64,000 nucleotides of DNA from Terriglobales bacterium. GTDB lineage: Bacteria; Acidobacteriota; Terriglobia; Terriglobales; SCQP01. Position 1 is the stretch's first letter. Each line of letters opens with the position of its first letter. The translations under genes and the position numbers were made by a program. Positions 46,364 through 56,413 of this stretch are shown here, piece after piece. Location of the stretch: assembly GCA_050747905.1 (NCBI GenBank), contig JBOGKQ010000013.1, positions 3,529 to 67,528 of the forward strand, in the 5' to 3' direction. Under the pieces are notes generated by a model. It did not search any database, had not been told where the DNA came from, and was given only the letters and a program-made list of their open reading frames with translations.

Positions 46364-47185
46364 TTATCCCGAAAGCGCCCTTGTCACGGTACGCTCTGCA
46401 TAGTACGCGGGATCGTGCTTGTCCTGCCGGCATTCGGCAAGTGCCTGCTTTACCTTCTCTGGGGACATGCCGGCCCGGAGCTGGTCACGCACCCAAGCCC
46501 AGTCGCGCTCGGACTGGCTCAGAAGTCGCGCATCGCGCCGAAATCTCCCAGGGGCGGCCTGCCGACTGGCCGGTCGGTCTAGGGGCCAATCCGCTGGCAG
46601 AGCGGCGAAGTCACCTCGCTGGTAGACAGCTTCGGCGAGGCGATGCCCCTGAACACCGACCGGCTCATTGAACTTCTTGTTGTGGAATCCGGGCAGGCGC
46701 AACACACGGGCAGCGTCTGTTGCGGCAGGATCGCCACCAAACGCGGCGGCCATGCGGTGCAGGGCGACCTCGGCTTGCTCAAGCGTGAAACCTTCGACCT
46801 TCCAGATGACCTGGCGTTTGGCGGGCGAAGTGTCCAGGACGAAGTTCGGCTGGGGCAGCGCGGGACTGTCGAGGATTTGCTGGAGCCTTGCATCGCCCTC
46901 TTCGTCGAGGTCAAGGTAGAGATGGCGGATATCGGCGATGTCCGCTTTGGCGCGACCCCTGGCTTCGGACTTGAGCGTATTCATGGAGACGTAAATGTCT
47001 GAGCCGTGGGCGTTCTCGTAACGGAGGAAGCGCTGGATGCGGGGCGAAGCTGCATCCTGGGCTGACAGCAGCCGCTGGAGGGTGTAGTCCTCGGCACGGT
47101 TGCGGATCACGATGGCTATCCGGTCATGGGGGCGGTAGTTTTCCTTGATGAAGTCCCACGAAGTGACGGGCGCATTGGATTCCAT
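46364..47185 (-). CDS. RepB/TraC-type primase (AEP primase-polymerase fold) of a plasmid or ICE
   Basis: DIYVSMNTL, LYLDLDEEG and LRLPGFHNKK, plus a C-terminal helical domain. Start MESNAPV (cat 47183-47185) is preceded by AAGGAGG. Confidence 0.7.
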   Translation of the reverse strand: MESNAPVTSWDFIKENYRPHDRIAIVIRNRAEDYTLQRLLSAQDAASPRIQRFLRYENAHGSDIYVSMNTLKSEARGRAKADIADIRHLYLDLDEEGDARLQQILDSPALPQPNFVLDTSPAKRQVIWKVEGFTLEQAEVALHRMAAAFGGDPAATDAARVLRLPGFHNKKFNEPVGVQGHRLAEAVYQRGDFAALPADWPLDRPASRQAAPGRFRRDARLLSQSERDWAWVRDQLRAGMSPEKVKQALAECRQDKHDPAYYAERTVTRALSG

Positions 47186-47199
47186 GTATGCCTCCTTGC

Positions 47200-48264
47200 T
47201 CACTCGCATTGGTAGAGCGGGTTGAACTGATGCCGGTCGGATTCGGCATCGACTCCGGCAAGCTCGATAATCTCGGCGACCCGGCGCCTGCCGGACGCAC
47301 GCTCCAGGTGAACGATGACCTGGATCGCGTCAACGATTTGCGTCTGGAGCGCGCGGTGCGGAATATCGAGGCCAGCCTGCAGAATGCAGCTTCGCAGGCG
47401 CGTAATCGCCTGCCGGGCCGTGTTGGCGTGGACTGTAGAGAGGCTCCCGGAATGGCCAGTATTCAGCGCCTGCAGCAGGTCGTAGGCTTCCTCGCCCCGT
47501 ATCTCGCCCACGATCAACCGGTCCGGCCGGTGGCGGAGGCTGGCGCGTACCAAGTCGCGAATCGCGACGGCCGGCAGGCCCATCTATTCGCGGCGGGCTT
47601 CGAAACGGACAAGGTTGGGTTTCGCGGCATGAATCTGCGCCGTGTCCTCGATCAGCACGATCCGGTCGCCATCGGGGATGGCCGCCGCCAGGATGCCCAA
47701 CAGTGTCGTCTTGCCGGTGCCGGTTCCACCGCTGATGAGGATATTCTGCCGACGGGCGATGCGTTCCCGCAGTATCTCCGCGGCCTGGCGCGGAACCGAG
47801 CCGCGCTTGATTAGGTCGTCCATAGTGAAGTGCCGCGTGTCAAATTTTCGGATCGTCAGCGAGATGCCGTCCACGCTGCAAGGCGGTAGGACGGCGGCGA
47901 CGCGGCTCCCGTCCGGCAGGCGCGAGTCGAGAATGGGCTTTTCCTCCGAGATTTCATCGCCTAGGCTGCGGGCGATGATCTTCAGGCCGGTGAGCAGTTG
48001 CCGCTCCTCGATTGCGATCCCCGGCGCTTCCTGCAGAAGCCCGTCGCGCTCGATAAAGACGCGCCGCCCGCCGTTGACCATGATCTCGCTGATGCCTGGG
48101 TCCTCGATCAGGTGCCGGATCGGCTCCAAGAACGGGAGAATCAGCTCGAACCGGGACGCTTGTGCGTCGGCGACTCGGGGGTTATTGCCCCCGGCGCTCC
48201 CGTTGGTCGCTACGCGATTCGGCAAAATCGCGGGCATGCTCAACTCTCCTCCGGCATCGTTCAT
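47200..48264 (-). pseudogene. VirB11/TrbB-type type IV secretion ATPase interrupted by one in-frame TAG (47584-47586)
   Basis: Upstream part: ILISGGTGTGKTTLL (Walker A), IVLIEDTAQI. After RRE* the same frame continues MGLPAVAIRDLVRASLRHRPDRLIVGEIRGEEAYDLLQALNTGHSGSLSTVHA. Confidence 0.8.
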
Positions 48265-49280
48265 AGCTCTCCGGCGCGCAACTGCGCCCAGTAGGACTTC
48301 TCCCGATCCAGGTACCAGGGCTTGAGGTAGCAGTAGGTGGCCTCGTGCTGGTTCACGCCGTCAAATGGGATGACGATGCACTCGGCGTTGCGGAGCAGCG
48401 TAAAGCTGCGCTCGTCGAAGATGAAGTCCTTCTGGGTGGCGTAGGTCTTGGTCGCGCTGATTGTGTCCTTGTTCGACACGGTCTTGCCGGTAAGCAGGCT
48501 GACGCGGGCGTCGGTGGACGCCTCGGACAGCCCATAGCTGACCTTGAGCCGGTCTTCCTTGCCGCACAGCGTAGCCGCCGTCTGGATCGAGAACTCGTCC
48601 GATTGGGCGAGGAAGATCTTGGTGCGGAAGGTCTGGAGCAGCGTCCGCCAGCCTTCGCCGGCGAGGGCCTCCTTGAGCGAGGAGATGCTTTGGGTGGCGA
48701 TGATCGGGATGCAGCGGGCCTGGCGCGACATGCTAAAGAACTTCTCATCGCCGTTCGGGTCGTTCCCGCCGACGGTGGCGAAGTTCTGGTACTCGTCACA
48801 GACGAAGAACGTGTCGCGGTGATGGCGATGCCGCTCCCGCTCCATGGCGGGAATGCGCAGCAGCACCGCACGCTGGAAGTCGAGCTTCATCATGGTGCCA
48901 ATGGCCTTGGCCAGTCCGGGGTTGAGCGCCATGGGGAAGTTCAGGGCGCAAACCTTGCCCTGCTCGACCAGTGCCGCAAACGGTGGCAGCGGAATGCCCT
49001 CGGGATCGTCGGGGGTGGACCCGTTTGTATACACCTCTCTGGGTGGGCAGAAGATGCGCTTCACGTCGGGGTTGTTGTCGAAGAGCGACAGGAAGACCGA
49101 GATGCCCTCGACGATGGAGGTCCTGAGCTTGTGGTCAATGGCCAGCCAGTCGTCGTGGAACCAGCGGCGCACCGCCTCGAACTGGGCTCGCTTGTATTCC
49201 TGGGCCGGCTCCAGCGGCTTCGGGACAGCCTCGACCGCGTCGTCGAATTGGTGCTCGGCGAGGACGCCTTCGGCCTCCAT
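48261..49280 (-). pseudogene. Type IV coupling protein (VirD4/TraG/TraD-like), C-terminal part only
   Basis: FFVCDEYQNF (Walker B region), IIATQSISSL. No TM segments or Walker A. The frame is closed by a stop about 90 nt upstream of 49280. ATGA overlap with the VirB11 start. Confidence 0.65.
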
Positions 49281-49407
49281 CCCGAGCGCTTCCTCCGGCG
49301 GGCGCCGTGCCCGCCGGACCCGCCCTCCCAGGTCTGGATCAATCCGCCAAAAAAGGAGGTAAAAGCTCTCTAAACTCCCACCTCAGGTGTCTCACTCTCA
49401 TTGACAC

Positions 49408-49468
49408 GCGCCGCCGACTTTCGCGTCGGCTTTGCCCACGGGGCAAACGGCGCGACCCCCGCGAGCGG
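49408..49468 (+). repeat. Dispersed repeat family, module iv copy
   Basis: gccgactttcgcgtcggctttgcccacggggcaaacggcgcgacccccgcgagcgg. Confidence 0.65.
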
Positions 49469-49565
49469 ATGGCCTGCATTTGCCGCAATTCGCCGGGGGT
49501 CACCCTAGCGGTCTACCGCCGCACCCGCCGCCGGGCAACTAGCCGCCGACGAAACTGGCCGCCGG

Positions 49566-52500
49566 TTACGGCATGTAGATTATAGATTGCACGGCATAGT
49601 TGCCGTTGCTGTCCTCGATCGAGATCTGCCAGATGTAGGTCCCTCCGCTGGTCAGGCTTGCCACGGAAGGCGTATTGGAGCTGTCTCCGGTCGGATCGGT
49701 CCCCCAGACGATTTGCGTGATCGAGCTGGAGAAGTAGCTGCTGTTGGAGTTCTGGCTCGGGATCTGCCAGATCGTGTTGTTGTTCGAATCCACAATCTGG
49801 AACGAATAGGTGTAATTGCTGGCATCGGTCGGATCGGTCCAGGTGAAGGTCGGCGTGGTGCCGCCGGTCGCCGACAGGTTGGTCGGGAACTCGGTGATCA
49901 GGGCCGTAACCTTGGTGGTGAGCGTGTCCGATGTGCCGTCACTGTAGTTGATCTGGAAGCTGTAGGTGTCGCCGACGACCGGAGCGATGGGGATGTTGAG
50001 GTTGTACTCGAACCCCCCGCCGCAATAGTTGCCGCAAACGCTGACGTCCACGGGAACCACGTTCGGGCCGGACTCCAAATACACCGACACCGGCAGTTTG
50101 ATATTTCCCGTCACCGTGAATTGAAGGCTGTAGTTTTGCCCGATCTGGCTGCCGCTCTGGTTCTCGGACTGATAGTTCTGGGTGGCCACCGCGGCGGTGG
50201 CGTTGGCGCTGGCCAGCGTCAGGTTCAAGGTGGTGGCTCCAGTAATCGTCTGGCTCGCCTTCACGCCGCTGCCGCCGACGTTGGTGATATCGCCGGCGTC
50301 CACCACGCCGTCTTTGTTGTTGTCCAGAATGCCGACCGCGGAGCAGTTGGAGCCACTGGGCACTTGGACTGTGTAGGCTTGCGGGCTGACCGGAGAGGCG
50401 ATGTAATCGCCGTAGAATTGGCCCGCTTTCTGATCGTAGCAGCCGGCGTAGAGAGGGCCGGTAGCGGTTCCGGTGAAGGTGACCGCGCCGGATACCGTGT
50501 CGGCGCCGGTGGGCGCGCCGACCGTCACCGCGCTGGAGACCGCGGAATAGGAACTGGTCGAGCTTCCGGCGGTGCCGGAGGCGCGGAAATAATAGGTGCC
50601 GTTGGCGAGGCCGTTCACCAGCCAGACGGTGCTGCTATCGGGGCCGGTCGCGGGGAAGGTCTTGCTGCCGGTGACGGTGCCGAACGAGGAGTCCGTGCTC
50701 CACTGCAGGGTGTAGGAGGTTGCCAGCTCGAGGCCGTTGTTGTCTACCTGGGGATTGTAAATCACCAGCGCGCCGGTGTTGACGCCGGCTAGCGTTGCCA
50801 GTTCGGGGCCGAGGGTGAGGGTTACCGCCGCGGCAGGGGTCATGGTGACGGACGCGCCGGTTACGTCCGCGTTGGAGACCGTAATGCCGGTGGTGCTGCC
50901 GCTCGGGTTGGACGCGTTCGGGGCGCCGTAGCCCAAGTTGTCCATGCGCGCCTGCAGGGTATAGGTGCCGGGCGCCACGCCGCGGATGGTGAAGGCGCCC
51001 GTCGAGGAAATGCTGGTGCCGGGGACGGTGTAACTGGGGCAGCTGTTGTTGCTCAGGGTGAGGTAAATCCGGCCCGTGTCCGAGCCGCTGTAGCTGACCG
51101 TGCCGGAGACGGTGTAGCCCAGGCCGACGCTGAAGTTCTCGCTGGTGAGGTTGGCGGTGGCGATGGTGACCGCCTGGGTGGCGGGCGAGAAGGTCGTAGT
51201 TGCGGAACCGGGCGCGCTGTAGGTTGGCGTCAGCGTATAGGCGCCGGTGGCGAGGCCGGTGATGGTGAAGTTTCCGCTGCCGTCGGTGGTGGCCGTCCCC
51301 ACCGTTTTGTTGTTCGAGTCGGTGGCGGTGATGGTGACGCCGGAGACGGAATTGCTGCCGGTGCAGCTGGCGAACGTTTGCACCGACCCGCTAGCCGAAT
51401 AGCTCGTGGTGACGGCGATGGTGTAGGTCTTCGGCCCGACGGTGGCGCCGTTGCTATCGGTCACCGACGCGGTGAAGGTGACGGTGCCGGTCGCGGTGGG
51501 CGTTCCGGTGACGTTCAGGGTGCTGGTGCCGGTGTTGGAGACGCTGAGGCCCAAGCCGTTGGTGAGGGCGACGGCGGCGCCGGTGGTGGCGAGGGCGGCG
51601 CCGTTGACCGTCCAGGTGTAGCCCGGTACGCCGCCGGCGGCGTTGATGGCGCCGGTGTATGCGCCGCTGGTGGAGGCGGCGGGCAGCGAAGCCGGGTTCG
51701 GCGCCGGCAGCGCCAGCGCGGCATAGGCCGCGAGGTTCAGGCTGGCGGTGCCGGCCGCGCCGCTGGAATCCTTCACCTGGAAGGTGACGCTGCCGCTGCC
51801 GGTGGCCGTGGGCGTGCCCGAGAGCACACCCGCGCTCGATAGCGTCAGGCCGATCGTGGTCAGCGTGCTCTGGCCCGCAGTGACCGACCAGGCGTAGGGG
51901 GCGCCGCTGCCGCCGCTGGCCGCCAGCGTGGTTGTATATGCGGTGCCGACGTAGGCGGGCGGGAGGGTGGCAGTGGTGACTGAGGGCGCATTGCTGACGG
52001 TGAGCGAGAGCGCCTGGGCGGCCGAGGTGACCCCGCCGATGGTCACCGTGACGGAAAAGTTGAACGGCCCGCCGGTCGCGGTGGGCGTGCCGCTGATGAT
52101 GCCGGTCGCCGGAGCCAGGGTGAACGGCGCGGGCAGGGTGCCGCTGGACACCGCCCACGTCGCCGCGCCGGTCTGGCCATCGGCATTCGCAGTAAGCGTG
52201 GTGGTGTAGAGGACTCCGACCGAAGCCGTCGGAATCGAGGTCGTGGTCACGTCCGGCGCGCCGGCGCCGAGGGTGAGCGTCAGCGACGCCTGCTGGGTTT
52301 GTTTCGGCGTGCCCGCGTCGCTGACGGTGAAGGCGATGGCGCCGGTATTGGTCGCCGTGGGCGTGCCCGAGATGGCGCCGGTGGCCGCGTTCAGGGTCAG
52401 ACCGGCCGGCAACGTGCCCGACGACCAGACATAGGGGGTCACGCCGCCGCTGGCCGCCAGCGTGGCCGAATAGGCGACGCCGGCGGTGCCTGCGGGCAGC

Positions 52501-53444
52501 GTCGTGGTGGTGAGCGCCAGGGTCGGGATCACGGTCAGGCTGAGCGCCGCGGTCGCCTTGGTTTGCTGGAAGGCCCCGGCGCCGGAGTCGGTTGCGGTGA
52601 CCACGAGGTTGGCGATGGCGCCGGAGGCGGTGGGCGTGCCGCCGATGACGCCGCTGGAGGCGCCGATGCTGAGGCCGGCGGGCAGCCCGGTGGCGCTCCA
52701 GGTGACGGCGCCGGTGCCGCCGGTGCTGGTGAACGCCGGCGAGGTGTAGGCGGTGCCCTGCACGGCGTTCGCCAGCGCCGGCGCGGTCACCACGAGCGGG
52801 GCGGGATTGATGGTGAGGCTCAAGCTTCCGGAGGTGGCGGCGACCGGCGTTGCCGCCGAGGCGTCGGTGACGGTGACGGTGAAGGTGTAGTTGCCGGCCG
52901 TGGTGGGCGTGCCTGAGATGGCGCCGGCGGCGCTGAGCGCCAGCCCGGCGGGCAGGGTCGAGCCGCTGGGCAGGCTCCAGGCCAGCGTGCCCGAGCCGCC
53001 GCTGGCGGCGAGGGTGGCCGAATAGACCGTGCCCGCCGTGCCGGCGCTGAGGGCGCCGCTGCTGGTGACCACCGGGGGCGGATTCACCACGATGGCATGG
53101 GCCGCCATCGCGCCGGTGGAGGCGTTCGAGGTGGCGGTCACGGTGACGTTGGTGGCCGCAGTGACTGTGGCCGGCGCGTTATAGGTGGCGGCACTGATGC
53201 TGGTGCCGCTGAGGGTGCCGCCGCCGCTGACGCTCCAGGTCACGCCGGCATTGGTGGAATCATTGGCGACCGCGGCGGTGAGATTGACCGACTGGCCCCC
53301 GTCAATGGACTGGGACGCGCCCGGCACGATGGCGACGGTGATGGCAGGCGGGGTGTTCGAGCCGCCGCTGCTGCCGCAGCCGACCGCGAATCCAAGGGAA
53401 AGTACCAGGCAACCGGTGAGAACGCGTCCAGTCAAATAACGCAC
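49566..53444 (-). CDS. Giant surface lipoprotein with tandem Ig-like (putative Ig / He_PIG-type) and CarboxypepD_reg-like domains
   Basis: The lipobox LSLGFAVGC follows the signal peptide. Repeated units of the form GTAGVAYSATLAASGG..PY.WS..SG.LPAGL.L...TG.ISGTPT. 1292 aa. Confidence 0.8.
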   Translation of the reverse strand: MRYLTGRVLTGCLVLSLGFAVGCGSSGGSNTPPAITVAIVPGASQSIDGGQSVNLTAAVANDSTNAGVTWSVSGGGTLSGTSISAATYNAPATVTAATNVTVTATSNASTGAMAAHAIVVNPPPVVTSSGALSAGTAGTVYSATLAASGGSGTLAWSLPSGSTLPAGLALSAAGAISGTPTTAGNYTFTVTVTDASAATPVAATSGSLSLTINPAPLVVTAPALANAVQGTAYTSPAFTSTGGTGAVTWSATGLPAGLSIGASSGVIGGTPTASGAIANLVVTATDSGAGAFQQTKATAALSLTVIPTLALTTTTLPAGTAGVAYSATLAASGGVTPYVWSSGTLPAGLTLNAATGAISGTPTATNTGAIAFTVSDAGTPKQTQQASLTLTLGAGAPDVTTTSIPTASVGVLYTTTLTANADGQTGAATWAVSSGTLPAPFTLAPATGIISGTPTATGGPFNFSVTVTIGGVTSAAQALSLTVSNAPSVTTATLPPAYVGTAYTTTLAASGGSGAPYAWSVTAGQSTLTTIGLTLSSAGVLSGTPTATGSGSVTFQVKDSSGAAGTASLNLAAYAALALPAPNPASLPAASTSGAYTGAINAAGGVPGYTWTVNGAALATTGAAVALTNGLGLSVSNTGTSTLNVTGTPTATGTVTFTASVTDSNGATVGPKTYTIAVTTSYSASGSVQTFASCTGSNSVSGVTITATDSNNKTVGTATTDGSGNFTITGLATGAYTLTPTYSAPGSATTTFSPATQAVTIATANLTSENFSVGLGYTVSGTVSYSGSDTGRIYLTLSNNSCPSYTVPGTSISSTGAFTIRGVAPGTYTLQARMDNLGYGAPNASNPSGSTTGITVSNADVTGASVTMTPAAAVTLTLGPELATLAGVNTGALVIYNPQVDNNGLELATSYTLQWSTDSSFGTVTGSKTFPATGPDSSTVWLVNGLANGTYYFRASGTAGSSTSSYSAVSSAVTVGAPTGADTVSGAVTFTGTATGPLYAGCYDQKAGQFYGDYIASPVSPQAYTVQVPSGSNCSAVGILDNNKDGVVDAGDITNVGGSGVKASQTITGATTLNLTLASANATAAVATQNYQSENQSGSQIGQNYSLQFTVTGNIKLPVSVYLESGPNVVPVDVSVCGNYCGGGFEYNLNIPIAPVVGDTYSFQINYSDGTSDTLTTKVTALITEFPTNLSATGGTTPTFTWTDPTDASNYTYSFQIVDSNNNTIWQIPSQNSNSSYFSSSITQIVWGTDPTGDSSNTPSVASLTSGGTYIWQISIEDSNGNYAVQSIIYMP

Positions 53445-53568
53445 GGAAAACCTCCGCCCTAGTCAGGGAATTCGGCTGCAGTAACTTATAGACTCCGCGA
53501 TATATCAAAGTCAAGCGTGTGTGCGGGACCAGGTAACTTAGTTGCCAACCCCGGCTGCGCCCAACCCT

Positions 53569-53628
53569 GGGGTCGCGCCGTTTGCGCTGCGGGCAAAGCC
53601 GGCGCGAACAGGCCGCGAAATTCGGAAC
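53569..53628 (-). repeat. Dispersed repeat family, module iv copy (inverted)
   Basis: ggggtcgcgccgtttgcgctgcgggcaaagccggcgcgaa...gaaattcgg is the reverse complement of the module iv consensus. Confidence 0.6.
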
Positions 53629-54674
53629 CGGCAATTGATAGGCGCGGGACTCGGGCGGTCTGCCAGAGCGCCGCTTGGCCGATGTCGCTTGCGTGCTTAT
53701 AGCACTAGGGGCAACGTTGTCTCCGGTGTTGCGGGCGGCACGTTCTGCGGCACACAATTTCATCGAATATGCAATTCTCAATTCCCGGTTAGCTCGCTTG
53801 CATTCTAATCCGGGCTGCCAAACATTAACGGGCACATTCTCCGCTCCCGAGCTTGGACTCGTCTGGTCGTAGCCGGTCCCATACGTCTTCAGTTGACATA
53901 TGCCTTGCACGCCGATCGACCAACGCGCTACGATCTGGGCTATGGAGCCCGCTCCCGATGAGAGCGCGACGCGCCAGCAACATCACCAAGCCCGGCCAAC
54001 CCCAGGGGTCCGCACCGCGGCAGCCCCTCCTGCCAGTGGTCAAGCGGCGGTTGTGCAGCGGCCACGAGCAGGGCGCCTGCTGCAGCCTGGGCCAGCTATT
54101 TCGGCGGCAGCAACGCCCGCGCTGAAGTAACCAGCAATGGCGGCGAACCCGTCGAGGTAACGCTCGGCGACGTACGCGGGCCGAGGATAGCGGCTTGGGC
54201 GACATCGGAACCGAGCGGCATGCTCTCGACCGCGGTCGCCGCTCTCGTCGGCTGTGGGCCGCCGCCCGCCTATCATCTCCGCGGTCATTGGCTCATTCCG
54301 CCGCAAGTTGCGACTCGCCTCAAAATCCAGACAATCCGTCAGTGGGTCGGCTCGCTATTTCGGTTGCGCCAGTAATGGGCAACTTCACTGGCTCGGTGCC
54401 ACATCGCCTGTTCGTCGGCCTGCAGCAATTGCACACGTCACTCGATTCCGCGGTGGCAATGGGCCGCTTGACTCCGCCGGCCGAGCAACGCACTCTTCGC
54501 GGGCCGGGCTGGGGCACGGCAACCGGCGCCGGCGGGATGGCGCGAGGCGTGGCGGCGGCGAGAACTCTGACCGAGGTCTCGCTGAGACGACCGCGCCCGC
54601 TACTGCCGGCTGCGACGAACTTGTACTCGCGCACAACACCGTTTCTTCTTCCTGCTAAGGACGTGGAGCGTGAC

Positions 54675-55025
54675 ATGGCGCTGGTGACCGCCCCCACACG
54701 CGCCGGACTCGATCGCGCCACGCAGGCGATTCTAAGCCGCCCCAATGAATGCCGCTTCCTCACTGTCGGCAGCACCACTTGCGTTCTGGTCTCCCCGCCC
54801 ATGAACCTCGAAGCGCGACTCACGGTCGAGGTCAACGGCCGCACCGTCGCGGTACCGCTACCGGCAACTGTCGAGCAGGCGCTCGCTGCCGCGGGCGCCA
54901 ATGCGCACGCGGCGGTCAGCGTCTGGCGTCCATTTCATGGTCGAGAACGGCGTGTGCTGGCTATCAACCGCGCCGACCTGCTAAAGATGTTGCTCGCTGG
55001 CGGCGAGCACATCGAGACGCACTGA
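54675..55025 (+). CDS. Hypothetical protein
   Basis: 116-aa tail of a 276-aa ORF starting at MALVTAP, with GGAG 8 nt upstream. No recognisable motif. Confidence 0.25.
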   Translation: MALVTAPTRAGLDRATQAILSRPNECRFLTVGSTTCVLVSPPMNLEARLTVEVNGRTVAVPLPATVEQALAAAGANAHAAVSVWRPFHGRERRVLAINRADLLKMLLAGGEHIETH

Positions 55026-55180
55026 AGAGTGCCGGGTTCGGCGGGTCGCGGTGCGACGACCTTGCTTTGCGGGAAGTGAATGGCCTGCGGCGTCAACTCG
55101 GGAGCTTCCGAGCGGGCGAAGTGGTACGAGAGCCGGATGCTTACGGCGCCTTCGGTAATGTCCAGATAGTTTCGCACATT

Positions 55181-55431
55181 GGATCGCGCCGCTTTGCACC
55201 GTGGGCAAACTCGACGCGAAGGGCTGCGAAATTCGGCATGGGCGAGCGTCCCAGCGAGCGCCCCCGGGGAAACATGCAGGCGCGGCCCCAGTCCCGGGGC
55301 CCCCGAGGAGCTTGCGCCTTGGGGTGGGAGCGAGGCGCAGCGTCGGGTTGGGGCCAAGGGCCCCCACCCGCCCTGCGCAGTCCCAGCAGGGCGAAGCAGC
55401 CGCGCTGGGGCCCGCGCCAACATCGATCGCA
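55181..55431 (-). repeat. Dispersed intergenic repeat family, long copy (inverted)
   Basis: The reverse complement reads gttggcgcgggccccagcgcggctgc...gggtgggggcccttggccccaacccgacgctgcgcctcgc...gaatttcgcagcccttcgcgtcgagtttgcccacggtgcaaagcggcgcgatcc. Confidence 0.85.
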
Positions 55432-55549
55432 TCGTTTGCGAGATCCAGTGGCTCCGGTAAATCGTTTCCATCCTCCAGTGAATCATCCTTAAGCCAGCTA
55501 ATATCGAGCCTGTAGGTGCGCTTCTCGATGTCGCTGCGGCGTCACGATC

Positions 55550-55889
55550 GTGAACGTCTTGCCGGTGCCCGTCATCGCGGAGGGTGACTTCGACTTTGAC
55601 GGCTACCGCGCGCCATTCCTTTACTCCACGAACGGTGAAGTGTTCTGGTTCTACGACGCCCGGGATAAGCTCAACCGCTCACGCCAAGTGCCGGACTTCC
55701 ATACGCCAGGGGCGTTGGCAGAGATGCTGGACCGTGATTTGCCCCGAGGACCATGCCGGCCGGCATCCGGTCCGCTTCCGTCCCTACCAGGTGGCGGCGT
55801 GCGCCGCGATCGAGGAGGCTATCGAGAACCGGCGCCGGCGCATGCTCGTCGCGATGGCGCCTGAGTCACGGGGATCTTCAGGGTGCTAA
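55550..55889 (+). pseudogene. Fragment of a type I/III restriction-helicase (HsdR/ResIII-like) N-terminus, frameshifted and truncated
   Basis: APFLYSTNGEVFWFYDARDKLNRSRQVPDFHTPGALAEML in one frame, then RFRPYQVAACAAIEEAIENRRRRMLVAMA in another. It stops just before the expected Walker A. Confidence 0.45.
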
Positions 55890-55916
55890 AGTAGCCGGCC
55901 GAGACGACGCTGTAGT

Positions 55917-56270
55917 TCACCGACGGCAGGCCGCCACCAGCAGAATCAGCCCGACGAGGGCGAGCAACAGCACGCTGGCCCGATGCAATGCGACCGCGGC
56001 GCCGGGGCTGGGCCGGGCCTCCGTTTCCGGGTAAAGGCTGAGCGACATTCCCCGTTCCGTCGCGGGGTATTGGGCCGCCAGCCTCCGCGCCACGACCTGA
56101 AGCGCCGCCGCGGCAGGCGCGGAACTGGGGCGGGTCGGGCGGCTGACGTCCATCCCCTCGACGATCTCGCGCACTGACCGATCGCCTTTGCGCACACGCC
56201 GGAACACAGCCCGGCGGGTGGGATTTACAAGTGCGTCGAACGTCCGCTCAATTCGTTGTGAGGTTGCCAT
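55917..56270 (-). pseudogene. Chimeric ORF: ArsR-type HTH fragment fused to an ADOP-permease internal fragment
   Basis: The N-terminal FDALVNPTRRAVFRRV...SVREIVEGMDVSRP is ArsR-like. The C-terminal VARRLAAQYPATERGMSLSLYPE...ASVLLLALVGLILLVA resembles the ADOP periplasmic/TM junction region (compare VLLIACANAA in 19888-22332). Confidence 0.4.
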
Positions 56271-56413
56271 TGTTCTCTATCGTGAACGTGTCCGACCACA
56301 GAATCCGGCTCGTGTCGATTTGGCACTCGTCGCGATCAAAGACCAGGGGACGAAAATCAAGAAACCGCAAAACTAACACTTGACAACGACCCAAACTACA
56401 CTACCATACGGTT

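Noticed and set aside
48345-50792. Plus-strand ORFs 48345-49373 (342 aa) and 49587-50792 (401 aa).
   Set aside because: They are antisense to the coupling-protein fragment and to the Ig-repeat lipoprotein. They are Gly/Arg/Ala-rich shadow frames.
54195-54674. N-terminal 160 aa of the 276-aa ORF ending at 55025.
   Set aside because: It is Arg/Ser/Ala-rich low-complexity sequence with no RBS. Only the last 116 aa, after a GGAG plus ATG, are retained, and those at low confidence.
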